From an uncultured Clostridium sp. (GTDB lineage: Bacteria > Bacillota > Clostridia > TANB77 > CAG-465), in contig CANAIR010000001.1 in NCBI GenBank assembly GCA_947361355.1, positions 64,215 to 128,214 of the forward strand: a DNA stretch of 64,000 bases. Direction: 5' to 3'. Made by a program: the position numbers and the translations under genes. Under the pieces are notes generated by a model. It saw nothing but the letters and a program-made list of their open reading frames with translations, was not told the DNA's origin and searched no databases. Shown piece after piece: positions 49,238-60,694 of the stretch; the stretch's first letter is position 1; every line of letters starts with the position of its first letter.

Positions 49238-49349
49238 AATATTATTATACCATATTATTTCAAGAAAATAAAGATTTTGTTGTTATTTTAAAGAAACAAA
49301 AAACAGCTAAACGAGCATTAACATAATTTGTTAATACCCGTTTAATAAG

Positions 49350-49610
49350 TTATTGTTCTACAAGAAATGGAAGATTTTCAAAAAATTCTTTTGTTGAATA
49401 TGGACTCTTTTCGAATTCAGTTATAGACTCATACTCATCAGCATCATATGAAGAATCGAAAGAATATGGCACCTCTATTAGAACTACTTTTAAATCTTCA
49501 TCCAATCGAACTCTTATATGCTTTCTAATTGAGCTACCATATATTTCCATCTCTTCTTTATCATATGTAGCTCCCCACAGTTCAACAATAAAGAAATTTT
49601 TTGTTGGCAA
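49350..49610 (-). CDS. Hypothetical acidic protein, possibly the 3' part of a disrupted gene
   Basis: 86-aa ORF with only a TTG start and no SD. A strong SD plus ATG lies 83 nt upstream in a different frame. Confidence 0.3.
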   Translation of the reverse strand: MPTKNFFIVELWGATYDKEEMEIYGSSIRKHIRVRLDEDLKVVLIEVPYSFDSSYDADEYESITEFEKSPYSTKEFFENLPFLVEQ

Positions 49611-49816
49611 TTTCTTACCACAGAAACATCAACATTTACTGCTTTTCACAAAACACTTTCAAGTTTCTTCCGGTTGATTTCAAATTTTTTCATTTTATTC
49701 TTCTCCTTTTTAATAAAAAATTATTAAAATGTTTGACTTTTATCTTTTGCTGTGTTAACATTTTAATATTATATTTGATATATCAATAAATTAATATTAT
49801 TGAAAGGAGATTATAT

Positions 49817-51334
49817 ATGAGTATATATACTTTGGAAGATATTGAAAAAATATATTTAAGTTATGGTTTAAAAGCATATGAAACGTTTGGCAAACAAATT
49901 TTAGATGAAGTTAAAAATATAGATTATACTATAACTGATAAAAATTATAAAAAATATGAAGACCACTCTAATGAACAAGTTGTTACAATTGATGGAGAAC
50001 ATACACGCGATATTGATGATGCTATATTAGTTAAAAAATCTGGCAAATTTTATTCACTTACTGTATATATTGCTGATGTATCACATTATGTAAAAATTGG
50101 ATCTAAATTAGATGAAGAAGCTTTAATGCGGGGAACGAGTATTTATTTGCCAAATAAAACTTTAAATATGCTACCTGCAAAAATTTCTAATGACATTTGT
50201 AGTCTAAAGGAATCTAAAAAACGCCTTACTTTAGCTGTTAATATGACATTTAATAATAAAGGAAAACTTAAAAGCAGTCGTATTTTTAGGGCAATTATAT
50301 GTTCTAAGAAAAAAATGACATACGAAAAAGTATTTAAAGTATTACAAAAAAGTGATGAAAATGTTTTAAATGAATATAATGAATTTATAGAACAAATACA
50401 TTTGATGAAAGACCTTGCAATATTACTTAGAAAAAGGAGAAAGAAAAAAGGATTTCTTGAACTTTATATTCCAGAGTATAATTTTTATATTCCCTCCTCT
50501 TTAGAGTTTGAACATATTACTATTTTACCATATAGTACAAATATTGCAAATAGCATCATAGAAGAGTTTATGCTTATAACTAATATGGTAGTTGATAAAA
50601 CATTTTGTAAGCTTGGAATACCTTTCATACATAGAATTCATCCAGCACCATCTCTAGATAACATTGATTTTTTAACTAATAAAGATTATTTTAAGCTTTT
50701 TAACAAAAATGATTCATATGTTATAAAATATTTAACTAAAAAATTAAAAAGATGTGATGAAAATACTAAAATACTTTACTCATATAATATAATGCGTAAT
50801 TTATGTAGTGCAAAGTATAGTGATATTCCTTATGGACATTTTGCCTTAAACTTTAAATATTATTGTCATTTCACTTCACCTATTAGAAGATATTCAGATT
50901 TGATGATACACAGAATAATATCTGAATATATCGATAATGGTAATGTAACAAAAGATATGATAACTAAATATGGTAATATTATGGCTGATATTTCAAAGAA
51001 ATGTTCTGATACTGAATCATTTGCAAAAAAAATATCAAGAGAAATGGAAAATATGTATATAGCCTATTATATGCAAGATTTTATAGGAGAAAAGTTTAAA
51101 GCTTCTATATACCATATTTCTAAAAATAATATTAGTATATTTATAAAAGATTTAATGTTTATAGGCAAAATTAAATGCTCTAGTATTTTTGAGGATGATT
51201 CTATTGAGCCTATTTTTTATAAAGATAAGGTCATTCTAAATAATAAAATATTATTTAGACTGTATGATGATTTGACTGTAACTTTAGTAGACATAGATAG
51301 AAGTTCATCAAAATTAATTTTTGAAATTTCATAA
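49817..51334 (+). CDS. RNB-domain 3'-5' exoribonuclease (short RNase II/R family member)
   Basis: SD AAAGGAG. RNB motif I TIDGEHTRDIDDAI, FTSPIRRYSDLMIHR, and a C-terminal S1-like region. Lacks the usual N-terminal cold-shock domains. Confidence 0.8.
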   Translation: MSIYTLEDIEKIYLSYGLKAYETFGKQILDEVKNIDYTITDKNYKKYEDHSNEQVVTIDGEHTRDIDDAILVKKSGKFYSLTVYIADVSHYVKIGSKLDEEALMRGTSIYLPNKTLNMLPAKISNDICSLKESKKRLTLAVNMTFNNKGKLKSSRIFRAIICSKKKMTYEKVFKVLQKSDENVLNEYNEFIEQIHLMKDLAILLRKRRKKKGFLELYIPEYNFYIPSSLEFEHITILPYSTNIANSIIEEFMLITNMVVDKTFCKLGIPFIHRIHPAPSLDNIDFLTNKDYFKLFNKNDSYVIKYLTKKLKRCDENTKILYSYNIMRNLCSAKYSDIPYGHFALNFKYYCHFTSPIRRYSDLMIHRIISEYIDNGNVTKDMITKYGNIMADISKKCSDTESFAKKISREMENMYIAYYMQDFIGEKFKASIYHISKNNISIFIKDLMFIGKIKCSSIFEDDSIEPIFYKDKVILNNKILFRLYDDLTVTLVDIDRSSSKLIFEIS

Positions 51335-51350
51335 AAAGTAAACTAATATG

Positions 51351-51392
51351 AAAAATCATTGAAAATACACATATATTTTCAATGATTTTTTC
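51351..51392. terminator. Bidirectional terminator
   Basis: 16-bp perfect stem AAAATCATTGAAAATA/TATTTTCAATGATTTT between convergent genes. Confidence 0.75.
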
Positions 51393-51401
51393 TTAAAATA
51401 T

Positions 51402-52472
51402 CTAATTTTCCCAAATTCCAAATGTTTCTAATTCCTTTGATATTTGCTCTATTGTCTCTTTGTTTATATCTTCTTTAGTTAATTTACACACTTCAAAGAT
51501 TTGTTCCTCATTTTTAAAAGCTGCTTCAATTATCTTATCAACTTTTTTACCATAAAGAGTTGCTTTTGGATCTTTAGAGTGTATATTTTTTAATTCTTTC
51601 AATCCTTCTTCTAAACTAACTACACCATTTGAAGACACTCTTTGATCAGCATATGCTTCTATTTTTACACAAATATCATTACTATTAGCTACATTAACAC
51701 AATTTTCTAAATTTTTTAAATTTAACCTTTCTATCTGCTCATCTGTAAAATAAAAAAGTTTACAGATAAAATCAGTAGCTAAATGCTCATCTCCATTAGA
51801 CTTTTTATCTAAATAATCTCTTATCCATCTTGTTAAATCAGTTTCAATTTCATAAGGTTGTAGTTTAATCAAATTTCCTACATCATGTAAAAGCATTTCT
51901 TTTACTAAAGTACTCTCCTCATTAAGATATTTTATTCTATCAAAACTTGTAACTACTTTGCCAAATATGTTTTCAATATTCATTAAATTATATTTAGACG
52001 TTACAATATTTGAGGCAATTAAATAACAAACTGCTGCTGTATCTAACATATGTTTTCCTAAGTGTTCAGGAATTCCAAGCATATGATATAATCCCATTAT
52101 AGTCAAATGATATCTTTTTTCAATTACAATATACAATTTAAACAAAAAATCATCTATACTATCATATTCAAAAAACTTATCAGTTACAGAATTTAAAGAA
52201 TTAGCATATTTCGTACCTTTTTTGTAAAAACAAATTATTGGTATATTTAAAGCATATGCAAATCCAAGTTCAATTCCAATTCCTGTGCCCGTATGTGACA
52301 CTTCTGCAACAACTACATCAAATTGTTTATAATAATCAAATCCATTTAAACTTTCCGCACTTTTCTCATGTGGGAAATAAAATTCTTCTTTTAGAAAAAA
52401 AGCCTCTTTAATTGGATTATATAATTCATTAATATAATCCATCTTTTTTGAATGTGATAAATATACCTTCAT
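51402..52472 (-). CDS. Fusion protein: N-terminal nucleoside 2-deoxyribosyltransferase-like domain plus C-terminal HD-domain phosphohydrolase
   Basis: SD AAGGAGG. The N-domain has VVVAEVSHTGTGIGIELGFA (NDT-type catalytic Glu context). The C-domain has H (LGKHMLD), HD (LLHDVGN) and D (AYADQR). Confidence 0.6.
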   Translation of the reverse strand: MKVYLSHSKKMDYINELYNPIKEAFFLKEEFYFPHEKSAESLNGFDYYKQFDVVVAEVSHTGTGIGIELGFAYALNIPIICFYKKGTKYANSLNSVTDKFFEYDSIDDFLFKLYIVIEKRYHLTIMGLYHMLGIPEHLGKHMLDTAAVCYLIASNIVTSKYNLMNIENIFGKVVTSFDRIKYLNEESTLVKEMLLHDVGNLIKLQPYEIETDLTRWIRDYLDKKSNGDEHLATDFICKLFYFTDEQIERLNLKNLENCVNVANSNDICVKIEAYADQRVSSNGVVSLEEGLKELKNIHSKDPKATLYGKKVDKIIEAAFKNEEQIFEVCKLTKEDINKETIEQISKELETFGIWEN

Positions 52473-52586
52473 CTTATTCCTCCTTATTAATTAATAAGTA
52501 ATATATTATTTTTATCACATTATACCACAACTTACTTCTTTTTACAATACAAGCTTTTTTTCCTTATATCGTTTTACATATATAAT

Positions 52587-53528
52587 TTACAATTTATTTT
52601 TTACTTTATTCAGCCAACATAAAATATCCATATAGATATCATCTTTACTTACCTCATTTAAAAGTTCATGCCTTAAATTTGGATATAATTTAATAAAAAC
52701 ATTAACATGTCCTGTTGATATCAAATCATGATAAACTTTAAGTACACCACTTCCATTATCTCCAACCGGATCATCATTTCCAGAAAGCAAAAATATATTT
52801 TTTTCTTTTGGTATTTTTTCTACATTTTTTAACAAATTACAATTTTTGTTTAATTTAAATAAATCTTTATATCCACTTACTGTAAAATCAAAATCACCAA
52901 TTTTATCACTCACATACCATGGCAACATACTCTCATCACTGCTTAACCAATCATATTTTGATACATTTGGTCTAAACTTTTTATTAAATTCGCCTATTAC
53001 CATATCTGTTAACATCCTACTTCTATACATTTTTCCTTTTCTAGCTATAATCATATCTGCAAGTTTTATTCCTGCATCAACTAATTTATTTTTATAACCT
53101 GTACCCATTATAATAAAACCATCTATTTTATCACCATGCTTATACATATAACATCTTGCAATAAAAGAACCCATTGAATGTCCAAATAAAAAATATGGTA
53201 AATCCTTGTATTCTTTTTTAACTAATTTTGTTAATTTATATACATCTTCTACAAGATATTTATAACCATTTTCATCTGCAAAAAATCCTCTATTTTCCCT
53301 TTCTACATATTTTCCATGCCCTAAATGATCATTTCCACACACAATATAGCCATTATTTGTTAAAAATTCAATAAAATTTTTATATTTATCTACATACTCA
53401 CACATTCCATGAGATATTTGAACAATTCCGTTAAATTTTGCATAACTTTTAGGAATAAAAATTTTTGCATGTATTGTTTCTATCTTATTTGAACTTAAAT
53501 ATTCAATTTCTTTTTCTATAAAACCCAT
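52587..53528 (-). CDS. Alpha/beta hydrolase (lysophospholipase / monoglyceride lipase-like)
   Basis: ORF trimmed to MGFIEKE, which has SD AGGTGA. Nucleophile elbow GHSMGS. Confidence 0.8.
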   Translation of the reverse strand: MGFIEKEIEYLSSNKIETIHAKIFIPKSYAKFNGIVQISHGMCEYVDKYKNFIEFLTNNGYIVCGNDHLGHGKYVERENRGFFADENGYKYLVEDVYKLTKLVKKEYKDLPYFLFGHSMGSFIARCYMYKHGDKIDGFIIMGTGYKNKLVDAGIKLADMIIARKGKMYRSRMLTDMVIGEFNKKFRPNVSKYDWLSSDESMLPWYVSDKIGDFDFTVSGYKDLFKLNKNCNLLKNVEKIPKEKNIFLLSGNDDPVGDNGSGVLKVYHDLISTGHVNVFIKLYPNLRHELLNEVSKDDIYMDILCWLNKVKNKL

Positions 53529-53601
53529 ATTATCACCTAATAATATTATATACAAATTACTACTTATATTCAATTAATAAGCTAATTTATAAAAAAATTT
53601 T

Positions 53602-53640
53602 ATAAAAAATGAAAGTAATATTTTTTCATTACTTTCATTT
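53602..53640. terminator. Hairpin terminator downstream of gyrA
   Basis: Stem AATGAAAGTAAT/ATTACTTTCATT with T-runs on both strands. Confidence 0.7.
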
Positions 53641-53645
53641 ATTTT

Positions 53646-56108
53646 TTATTCTTCTTCTAATTCAACTTCATCTTCTTTAGGAATTTTAGCAATATTTATA
53701 ACTTTTCCGCCATCAGAAGTTCTCATTAATGTAACACCTTGTGTGTTTCTTCCTAGTATACTTATATCTTTTACATTAATTCTAATAACAACACCAGTAT
53801 CTGTAATCATCATAACATCATCAGTATCATTAACTATTTTTACTCCTATAATATGACCTGTTTTAGCAGTTGTTTTGTATGTCAATACACCTTTGCCAGC
53901 TCTTCCTTGGCATCTATACTCTTCAACTTCTGTTCTCTTACCAAAACCATTTTCTGTTATTGCTAAAATATAGTCTTTATCATCACAAATAGGTTCCATT
54001 CCAACTACTTTATCATCCTTAGATAGAGTTATTCCTTTAACTCCCATTGAAGTTCTTCCAACTGATCTTACTTCTTCTTCAGGGAATCTTATAGATAAAC
54101 CACTTCTTGTAACCATAACTATATCATTAGTTCCATCTGTAAGTCTTACATCTATTAGCTCATCATCTTCTTTTAAAGTTATACCTTGTATACCAGATTT
54201 ACGGATGTTACTATATTCATTTAATTTTGTTTTCTTAATTAAACCATTACGTGTTGCCATAAGAACATATAAATCTTCTTCATAGCTTTTAACTGGAATT
54301 ACTGCAGCTATTTTTTCACCTTGAGCAAGTTGTAATAAATTTACTATTGCTGTTCCTTTAGCTGTTCTTGAAGCTTCTGGTAATTCATACGCTTTTAACC
54401 TAAATGCTCTACCAGTATTTGTAAAGAACATTATAAAATCATGTGTTGAAGTTACAAATAAATGTTCAACAAAATCTTCTTCTCTTGTATTCATAGCAGT
54501 TAAACCTTTTCCACCACGTTTTTGTGATCTATATACATCTGCTGCTATTCTTTTTACATATCCAAAATGAGTTAAAGTAACAACATTTGTTTCTTCTTTT
54601 ATTAAACTTTCTATATCTATTTCACCTTCAGCATGAGTTATTTCAGTTCTTCTTTCATCTCCATATCTTTCTTTTATATCAATTAATTCTTCTTTAATGA
54701 TATCCATTACTAATTTTTCAGATGCAAGTATTTCTTTTAAATGTTTTATAAGATCTACTAGATCATTATATTCATTTTCAATTTTTTCTCTTTGTAATCC
54801 TTGTAAAGTTCTAAGACGCATTTCAAGTATTGCATTTGCTTGTATTTCAGAAAGACCAAATTTTTCCATAAGTCTTATTTGTGCATCATCATATGACGCT
54901 CTAATTATAGCAATAATTTCATCTATATGATCAAGTGCAATCCTAAGACCTTCTAAAATATGAAGTCTAGCTTCTGCTTTTGCTAAGTCAAATTTTGTTC
55001 TTCTTACAACAACTTCTTTTCTATGTTTTATATATGAGTCTAATATCTCATTTAATTTTAAAACTTTAGGTTGTCCATCTACAATTGCAAGCATTAACAT
55101 TGATTGAGTTGTTTGTAATTGTGTATGTTTATATAACATATTTAAAACTACATTTGGATTAGCATCTTTTTTTAGATCTATTACTATTCTTAATCCTTCT
55201 CTATCAGATTCATCTCTAAGATCAGAAATTCCTTCAATAGTTTTTAATCCTACAAGTTTAGCTATATTTTCAACTAGTGCAGCTTTATTTACTTGATAAG
55301 GAATTTCAGTTACAATTATATGATATCTTCCTCTATTATCCTCTTCTATTTCTGCTCTAGCTCTAACACAAACTTTACCACGACCTGTAGTATATGCACT
55401 TCTTATTCCTTCTTTTCCAAGTATTAATGCACCTGTTGGAAAATCAGGTCCTTTAATATAGCCCATTAATTCTTCATTAGTTATTTCAGGATTATCAATT
55501 TGTGCAATTGTTCCATTTATAACTTCAGTTAAATTATGTGGTGGAATATTACATGCCATACCAACAGCTATTCCATAAGAACCATTTATAAGAAGATTTG
55601 GTAGTTTTGCTGGCAAAACACTTGGTTCTTTAAGTCTATCATCGTAGTTTGGTACAAAATCTACTGTATCTTTATCTAAATCATTTAACATTTCTAAAGA
55701 TATTTTTTGAAGTTTTGCCTCAGTATACCTCATAGCTGCTGGTGGATCATTATCTATTGAACCAAAGTTACCATGACCATTTACTAAAGGATATCTTAAA
55801 GAAAAGTCTTGAGATAAACGTACCAAAGCATCATAAATTGCAGCATCACCATGTGGATGATAATTACCCATAACATCACCAACAATACTTGCCGATTTTC
55901 TATATGCTTTTTCAGGCCAAAGTGATAATTCATTCATTACATATAAAATTCTTCTATGTACAGGTTTCATACCATCTCTAACATCTGGAAGAGCACGTGA
56001 TACAATAACACTCATTGCATAATCTATATATGATTTTTTCATTTCTTCCTCGATTTTAACTGGTACAATTTTTTGTGCAGATAAGAAGTTTTCATCGTTT
56101 ATATCCAT
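53646..56108 (-). CDS. gyrA: DNA gyrase subunit A
   Basis: ORF trimmed to MDINDENF, which has SD GGAGG. Carries [12 protein letters not shown], the active-site region AAMRYTE, the GyrA box QKRGGKG, and an acidic C-terminal tail. Confidence 0.9.
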   Translation of the reverse strand: MDINDENFLSAQKIVPVKIEEEMKKSYIDYAMSVIVSRALPDVRDGMKPVHRRILYVMNELSLWPEKAYRKSASIVGDVMGNYHPHGDAAIYDALVRLSQDFSLRYPLVNGHGNFGSIDNDPPAAMRYTEAKLQKISLEMLNDLDKDTVDFVPNYDDRLKEPSVLPAKLPNLLINGSYGIAVGMACNIPPHNLTEVINGTIAQIDNPEITNEELMGYIKGPDFPTGALILGKEGIRSAYTTGRGKVCVRARAEIEEDNRGRYHIIVTEIPYQVNKAALVENIAKLVGLKTIEGISDLRDESDREGLRIVIDLKKDANPNVVLNMLYKHTQLQTTQSMLMLAIVDGQPKVLKLNEILDSYIKHRKEVVVRRTKFDLAKAEARLHILEGLRIALDHIDEIIAIIRASYDDAQIRLMEKFGLSEIQANAILEMRLRTLQGLQREKIENEYNDLVDLIKHLKEILASEKLVMDIIKEELIDIKERYGDERRTEITHAEGEIDIESLIKEETNVVTLTHFGYVKRIAADVYRSQKRGGKGLTAMNTREEDFVEHLFVTSTHDFIMFFTNTGRAFRLKAYELPEASRTAKGTAIVNLLQLAQGEKIAAVIPVKSYEEDLYVLMATRNGLIKKTKLNEYSNIRKSGIQGITLKEDDELIDVRLTDGTNDIVMVTRSGLSIRFPEEEVRSVGRTSMGVKGITLSKDDKVVGMEPICDDKDYILAITENGFGKRTEVEEYRCQGRAGKGVLTYKTTAKTGHIIGVKIVNDTDDVMMITDTGVVIRINVKDISILGRNTQGVTLMRTSDGGKVINIAKIPKEDEVELEEE

Positions 56109-56249
56109 ATTTTTACCTCCATTTTTTGCTTCACATTTATTATACAAGAAAAAAAATAAAAAAGCAAGGAAAAGTTCTTGAAAAATAGAGATTTTATGAT
56201 ATAATGAAAAATAGTTGAAACACAAAAAAGTTTTTAAAAGGGGTAAAAT

Positions 56250-57179
56250 ATGAAATACAAAAACTATTATGAAATTTTAAATGTAACAAGAAAAAGTTCT
56301 ATACAAGAAATCAAATTATCATATAGAAAATTAGCAAAAAAATATCATCCAGATACAAATAAATCTGCTGAAGCTGAAACAATGTTTAAAGATGTAAATG
56401 AAGCATATGCAACTTTAACAAATGAAGAAAAAAGAAAAAAGTATGATAGACAAGTAGCAAAGTTTGGCTATGGATTTGATGAAAATGATTCTAGCCTTTC
56501 AAATGTAAAATATGAATTTAAATCTGGAGTTAATGTAATTAATGATTTATTTACTACAATACTTGGATTTAGGAAAGATGAGAATGTACAAGTTGGTAGT
56601 AATGAACAAGATAAAGATGATAGATCAAAAAAATCCAAGCCTATAAAAGGAACTGATATAATAACACATTTAGATGTTTCTTTAGAAGAAGGCTATTTTG
56701 GTACAGAAAAGAAAATTGCTATAAAATCTTTTAAATCTGGAATGCAAACATTTGCTGTAAATGTACCAATAGGAATTCAAAGTGGTGATAAAATACGCTT
56801 AGCAGCTCTTGGAAATCCAGGAAAAAACGGTGGAAAAAATGGTGATTTAATAATACATGTTAAATTATTAGAACATGAAGATTACAAATTAAATGGAATA
56901 GACTTAACAAGAAATGTAACTGTTTCACCTGCAGTAGCTGCAATAGGTGGAAAACTAAAACTTAATATTATAGATGAAAAAATAATCGTTACTTTACCAA
57001 AGCATTTGCGAAATGGTGAACTTGTTAATGTACCTGGAAAAGGATATATTTCAGAAGATGGGAAACGCGGTGACTTAATTCTTAAAGTTCATATTGATCT
57101 TCCCTCTGATATTTCTGAAAGAGAAGAAAAATTATATGAACAAATATTAAAATTAGAAAAAAAACGTGAAGAAAAATAA
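56250..57179 (+). CDS. cbpA: J-domain co-chaperone, CbpA-like (DnaJ lacking the zinc-finger region)
   Basis: YYEILNV...KYHPDTN J domain and a DnaJ C-terminal beta domain. No CxxCxGxG repeats. Confidence 0.8.
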   Translation: MKYKNYYEILNVTRKSSIQEIKLSYRKLAKKYHPDTNKSAEAETMFKDVNEAYATLTNEEKRKKYDRQVAKFGYGFDENDSSLSNVKYEFKSGVNVINDLFTTILGFRKDENVQVGSNEQDKDDRSKKSKPIKGTDIITHLDVSLEEGYFGTEKKIAIKSFKSGMQTFAVNVPIGIQSGDKIRLAALGNPGKNGGKNGDLIIHVKLLEHEDYKLNGIDLTRNVTVSPAVAAIGGKLKLNIIDEKIIVTLPKHLRNGELVNVPGKGYISEDGKRGDLILKVHIDLPSDISEREEKLYEQILKLEKKREEK

Positions 57180-57206
57180 CTGCAATTAATTGCAGTTATT
57201 TTTCTA
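57174..57206. terminator. Bidirectional terminator
   Basis: Stem ATAACTGCAA/TTGCAGTTAT with loop TTAA, flanked by an A-run and a T-run. Confidence 0.75.
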
Positions 57207-57210
57207 TTTA

Positions 57211-58242
57211 TTAAATTATAACCAACTCTCTACCAAAAATATTTTCAAATTTACATTTAAGCTCTTTTTTTTCGCCTAATTCGTATAATTCTACTTTAAC
57301 CAACTTATTTTCAGTATATATTTCAATTGCACAAGAAATCGTTTCTACATCTACATTAGCATGTCCACAAATTTTCCCATTACTTTTATTTTCATCGTAA
57401 ACAGTTGCCCTTCTATTTTTTAAAATTTTACTAGCACTAACTTTTATAGTATATTTATCAATAACTGTTGTCATTTCTTCGAATTGATTATTTGAATTAT
57501 TTAATTTAGAATATATTTTGGATAATATCTCAGGTATAAAACGGCTATAATCATCTTTATTTAAATTTGATTTTTGCTTAATATAATTAAAATAATCACA
57601 TGTCGGAGATACTTTACAAATATACTCTTTTGATAAGTAATTTGATTTTATATATTCTGTCATAACATCATAATATTTGAAGTTTTCAATATCAATTAAT
57701 TTTTCAATTTTATTATTCACATTTTTTATTTGTGTTCTATAATATAAAGGAAAATTAAAATTACAATCAGATATACAAATAGAAATTTTTGATTCAGAGT
57801 ATAATCCTGTAAAAAATGTTCCAGCTTCTTCTACTTTATCTTTTTTTATTTTAAAATTACACTTCTGTGCACTCCTTTTTACAAACAAGCAAAAACATTT
57901 CTCTTTATCGTTTTTATCAACAATAATGTACATATTGATAAAATAACTTATAATATATGAATTAGATGTAAATATCTCTTCAACAATATTAAAACGTTCA
58001 TCATCTTCATCATATATTATATCATATTTATCACAAAATAAATTACTAATATATTCAAAATTAATATCTCTTTGGAATAAAGAATACTCTTTTTCAGATT
58101 TATAACGATATTTTTTTAACCGTATACTTTTCTCTAAAATGATATTACTAATAATATTATTCATTTCATTTCTTTTTTCTTGTTTTTTTAATTTATTAAA
58201 TTGCTCTAACTCGTCTAACTTTTGATATAAATCTACTTGCAT
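57211..58242 (-). CDS. Hypothetical 343-aa protein
   Basis: SD AGGAGG. Cys-containing and Asn/Lys-rich. No domain recognised. Confidence 0.55.
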   Translation of the reverse strand: MQVDLYQKLDELEQFNKLKKQEKRNEMNNIISNIILEKSIRLKKYRYKSEKEYSLFQRDINFEYISNLFCDKYDIIYDEDDERFNIVEEIFTSNSYIISYFINMYIIVDKNDKEKCFCLFVKRSAQKCNFKIKKDKVEEAGTFFTGLYSESKISICISDCNFNFPLYYRTQIKNVNNKIEKLIDIENFKYYDVMTEYIKSNYLSKEYICKVSPTCDYFNYIKQKSNLNKDDYSRFIPEILSKIYSKLNNSNNQFEEMTTVIDKYTIKVSASKILKNRRATVYDENKSNGKICGHANVDVETISCAIEIYTENKLVKVELYELGEKKELKCKFENIFGRELVII

Positions 58243-58312
58243 AACTTCCTCCTTAAATTTAATTTGGTTTTAGTAAAATACAAATAGATTATATATATTT
58301 TTTTCTTATTTG

Positions 58313-59047
58313 TCAAGGAAATATTATGTATTCATTTCCCATTTTTACAAGATTTACATTTCCTTTTTTAGGAAACACTCTTATATAATCTTCATCTTTT
58401 ATACTAGCTTTTAAATGAGAGGCAAGTACACATTTTACATTGCATTCATCTGAAAATAACTCTTCTAAAATATCTTTTGTAATACCATGATAACCCTTTA
58501 AATGAAATTTATTTTCAAGTGGTATTCCAGAATCTATTAGTACAACATTGGCACCTTTACAAAAATACTTTAAACCTATTGACATATATGACATATCAGA
58601 AGTATACACAAAGGTCTTGTCACATTTTGTTATTCTTGTTGCATATGACTCTCCTCTATGGAATGTTTGACAAAAATCTATTACACAATCATCAATATAT
58701 ATTTTTGTTTTTTCGTTAATTATATTTACATCAAATACTCTTTTAAAATTTACAATAATTTCATACATAAGACTCTTTTTAGGAAGATATATTTTTATCT
58801 TTTTTTTGCATTTTTTTAAATATGATGCAAGTTTTAAAACATCATATGAATGATCTACATGATTATGTGATAAAATAACAATTAGATTAGAAATTTGATC
58901 TTCATTTATTTCCTTAACCAATTTTTTAAAATTACCATTTCCTAAATCTAGCAATATTATTTTGCTAAGTCCATTTATCAAATAACTTGATCCTGGTAAT
59001 CCTTTCAAATTAGGTGCATAATTTCCTAAAACTTTAATTTTTATCAT
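58313..59047 (-). CDS. MBL-fold metallo-hydrolase
   Basis: SD GGAGG. HxHxDH motif (SHNHVDH). Confidence 0.75.
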   Translation of the reverse strand: MIKIKVLGNYAPNLKGLPGSSYLINGLSKIILLDLGNGNFKKLVKEINEDQISNLIVILSHNHVDHSYDVLKLASYLKKCKKKIKIYLPKKSLMYEIIVNFKRVFDVNIINEKTKIYIDDCVIDFCQTFHRGESYATRITKCDKTFVYTSDMSYMSIGLKYFCKGANVVLIDSGIPLENKFHLKGYHGITKDILEELFSDECNVKCVLASHLKASIKDEDYIRVFPKKGNVNLVKMGNEYIIFP

Positions 59048-59164
59048 CGTTTTCCTCCATAACTATTTTGTGCAATAAAATAAATTATAATTACAAAATG
59101 CAAAAAGTAGCAAAAGATAATATTAAACTTTATTCTATTATATCTTTTACTACTTTTTGTTATA

Positions 59165-60601
59165 TTAATATGCCTTTGCAAAAATAACTTCTTTTTTTGC
59201 ATCCTTTCCACAACATACACATGTATCTAATAAATTTTCTTGTTCAAATGGAATACATCTTGAAGTAGCAGATGTTTCTTCCTTTATTTTTAAAACACAT
59301 TCTTCATTTCCACACCACATTGCTTTTATAAATGAATTTTTATTTTTCAAAATTTCTTTAAATTCGTTCATATTCTTTGCAATAGATGTATTTTTATCTA
59401 AATTTTCTTTAGCCATTTTATACATATTATTATGAATATCATTTAATAATTTATCTATCATTTCACATAATTCATTATTTTTTACAATAATTTTTTCATT
59501 AGTATCTCTACGTACTAAAACAACTTGATTATTTTCTATATCTTTTGGTCCAATTTCAAGTCGTAAAGGAACACCTTTTAGTTCCCATTCATTAAATTTA
59601 TAGCCAGGTGAATATTGTTCTCTATCATCAATATCTACTCTATAATTTTCTTCTAATAATTTCTTAATTTCATATGCTTTATCTAATACTCCTTCTTTGT
59701 GCATTGCAATAGGAACAACTATTACTTGTATTGGAGCAATTTTAGGTGGTAGTTTTAATCCTCGATTATCACCATGCACCATAATAATTCCACCGATTGT
59801 TCTAGTTGAAAATCCCCAAGAAGTATGATAAGCATACTCTTTTTTTCCTTCTTTATTTAAAAATTCTATTTCAAAAGCCTTTGTAAAGTGCTGACCTAAA
59901 TTATGAGATGTTGCTGTCTGTAAAGCTTTACCATCGTGCATCATAGCTTCCAATGTGTAAGTTTTCTCAGCTCCAGCAAATTTTTCACTTTCTGTTTTTT
60001 GACCACGAATTACAGGAATAGCTAGATAATTTTCAACAAGATTTGTATAAGCATTTAATTGCTGTATTGTTTCTTCTTGTGCTTCCTCAGCCGTTGCATG
60101 AACAGTATGCCCTTCTTGCCATAAAAATTCTGCAGTTCTTAAAAAAGGTCTAGTAGTTTTTTCCCATCTTAATACATTGCACCATTGATTATACAAAAGT
60201 GGTAAATCTCTCCAAGAACGCACCCATTTTGAATACATATTACAAATTATAGTTTCAGACGTAGGTCTTATTGCAAGTCTTTCTTCTAATTTTTCATTTC
60301 CACCTTCTGTTACCCATGCAACTTCTGGTGCAAATCCCTCTACATGTTCTTCTTCTTTTTTTAATAAACTTTCTGGTATCAAAAGAGGAAAATAACAATT
60401 TTTATGTCCTGTTTTCTTAATTAGTATATCGAATTCTTTTTGTATATTTTCCCAAATAGCATACCCATACGGTTTTATAACCATACATCCCCTAACTGGT
60501 GAATAATCTACCATATCTGCTTTTATAACAATATCAGTATACCATTTTGAAAAATCTTCTTCCATTTTAGTAAGTTCTTTTACGAATCCTTTTTCACTCA
60601 T
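59165..60601 (-). CDS. proS: Proline--tRNA ligase, archaeal/eukaryote-like class II form
   Basis: SD AGGAGG. 478 aa without the bacterial insertion domain. Carries RPTSET and FLRTAEFLWQEGHT, plus a C-terminal zinc-binding Cys cluster. Confidence 0.9.
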   Translation of the reverse strand: MSEKGFVKELTKMEEDFSKWYTDIVIKADMVDYSPVRGCMVIKPYGYAIWENIQKEFDILIKKTGHKNCYFPLLIPESLLKKEEEHVEGFAPEVAWVTEGGNEKLEERLAIRPTSETIICNMYSKWVRSWRDLPLLYNQWCNVLRWEKTTRPFLRTAEFLWQEGHTVHATAEEAQEETIQQLNAYTNLVENYLAIPVIRGQKTESEKFAGAEKTYTLEAMMHDGKALQTATSHNLGQHFTKAFEIEFLNKEGKKEYAYHTSWGFSTRTIGGIIMVHGDNRGLKLPPKIAPIQVIVVPIAMHKEGVLDKAYEIKKLLEENYRVDIDDREQYSPGYKFNEWELKGVPLRLEIGPKDIENNQVVLVRRDTNEKIIVKNNELCEMIDKLLNDIHNNMYKMAKENLDKNTSIAKNMNEFKEILKNKNSFIKAMWCGNEECVLKIKEETSATSRCIPFEQENLLDTCVCCGKDAKKEVIFAKAY

Positions 60602-60694
60602 TTTTTATTCCTCCTTTTCTCTATCATACAATGAAAATATTAACATAAATATGTTATATTGTCAATAAATTCAAAACATTTGTATTCAATATTG

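Noticed and set aside
49077-49271. 64-aa plus-strand ORF
   Set aside because: It lies antisense within the RNase P RNA gene. The slightly higher GC of the structured RNA creates an open frame.
49600-49700. Possible TGA recoding or an alternative genetic code, suggested by three in-frame TGA codons
   Set aside because: All long housekeeping ORFs in the window are intact under the standard code. In addition, the TGA-containing frame is not the frame of the SD-led ATG. Gene decay is the simpler explanation.
53646-57179. gyrA without an adjacent gyrB, divergent from a CbpA-like J-protein
   Set aside because: Unlinked gyrA and gyrB occur in many bacteria. The GyrA box confirms its identity, and nothing else is unusual.
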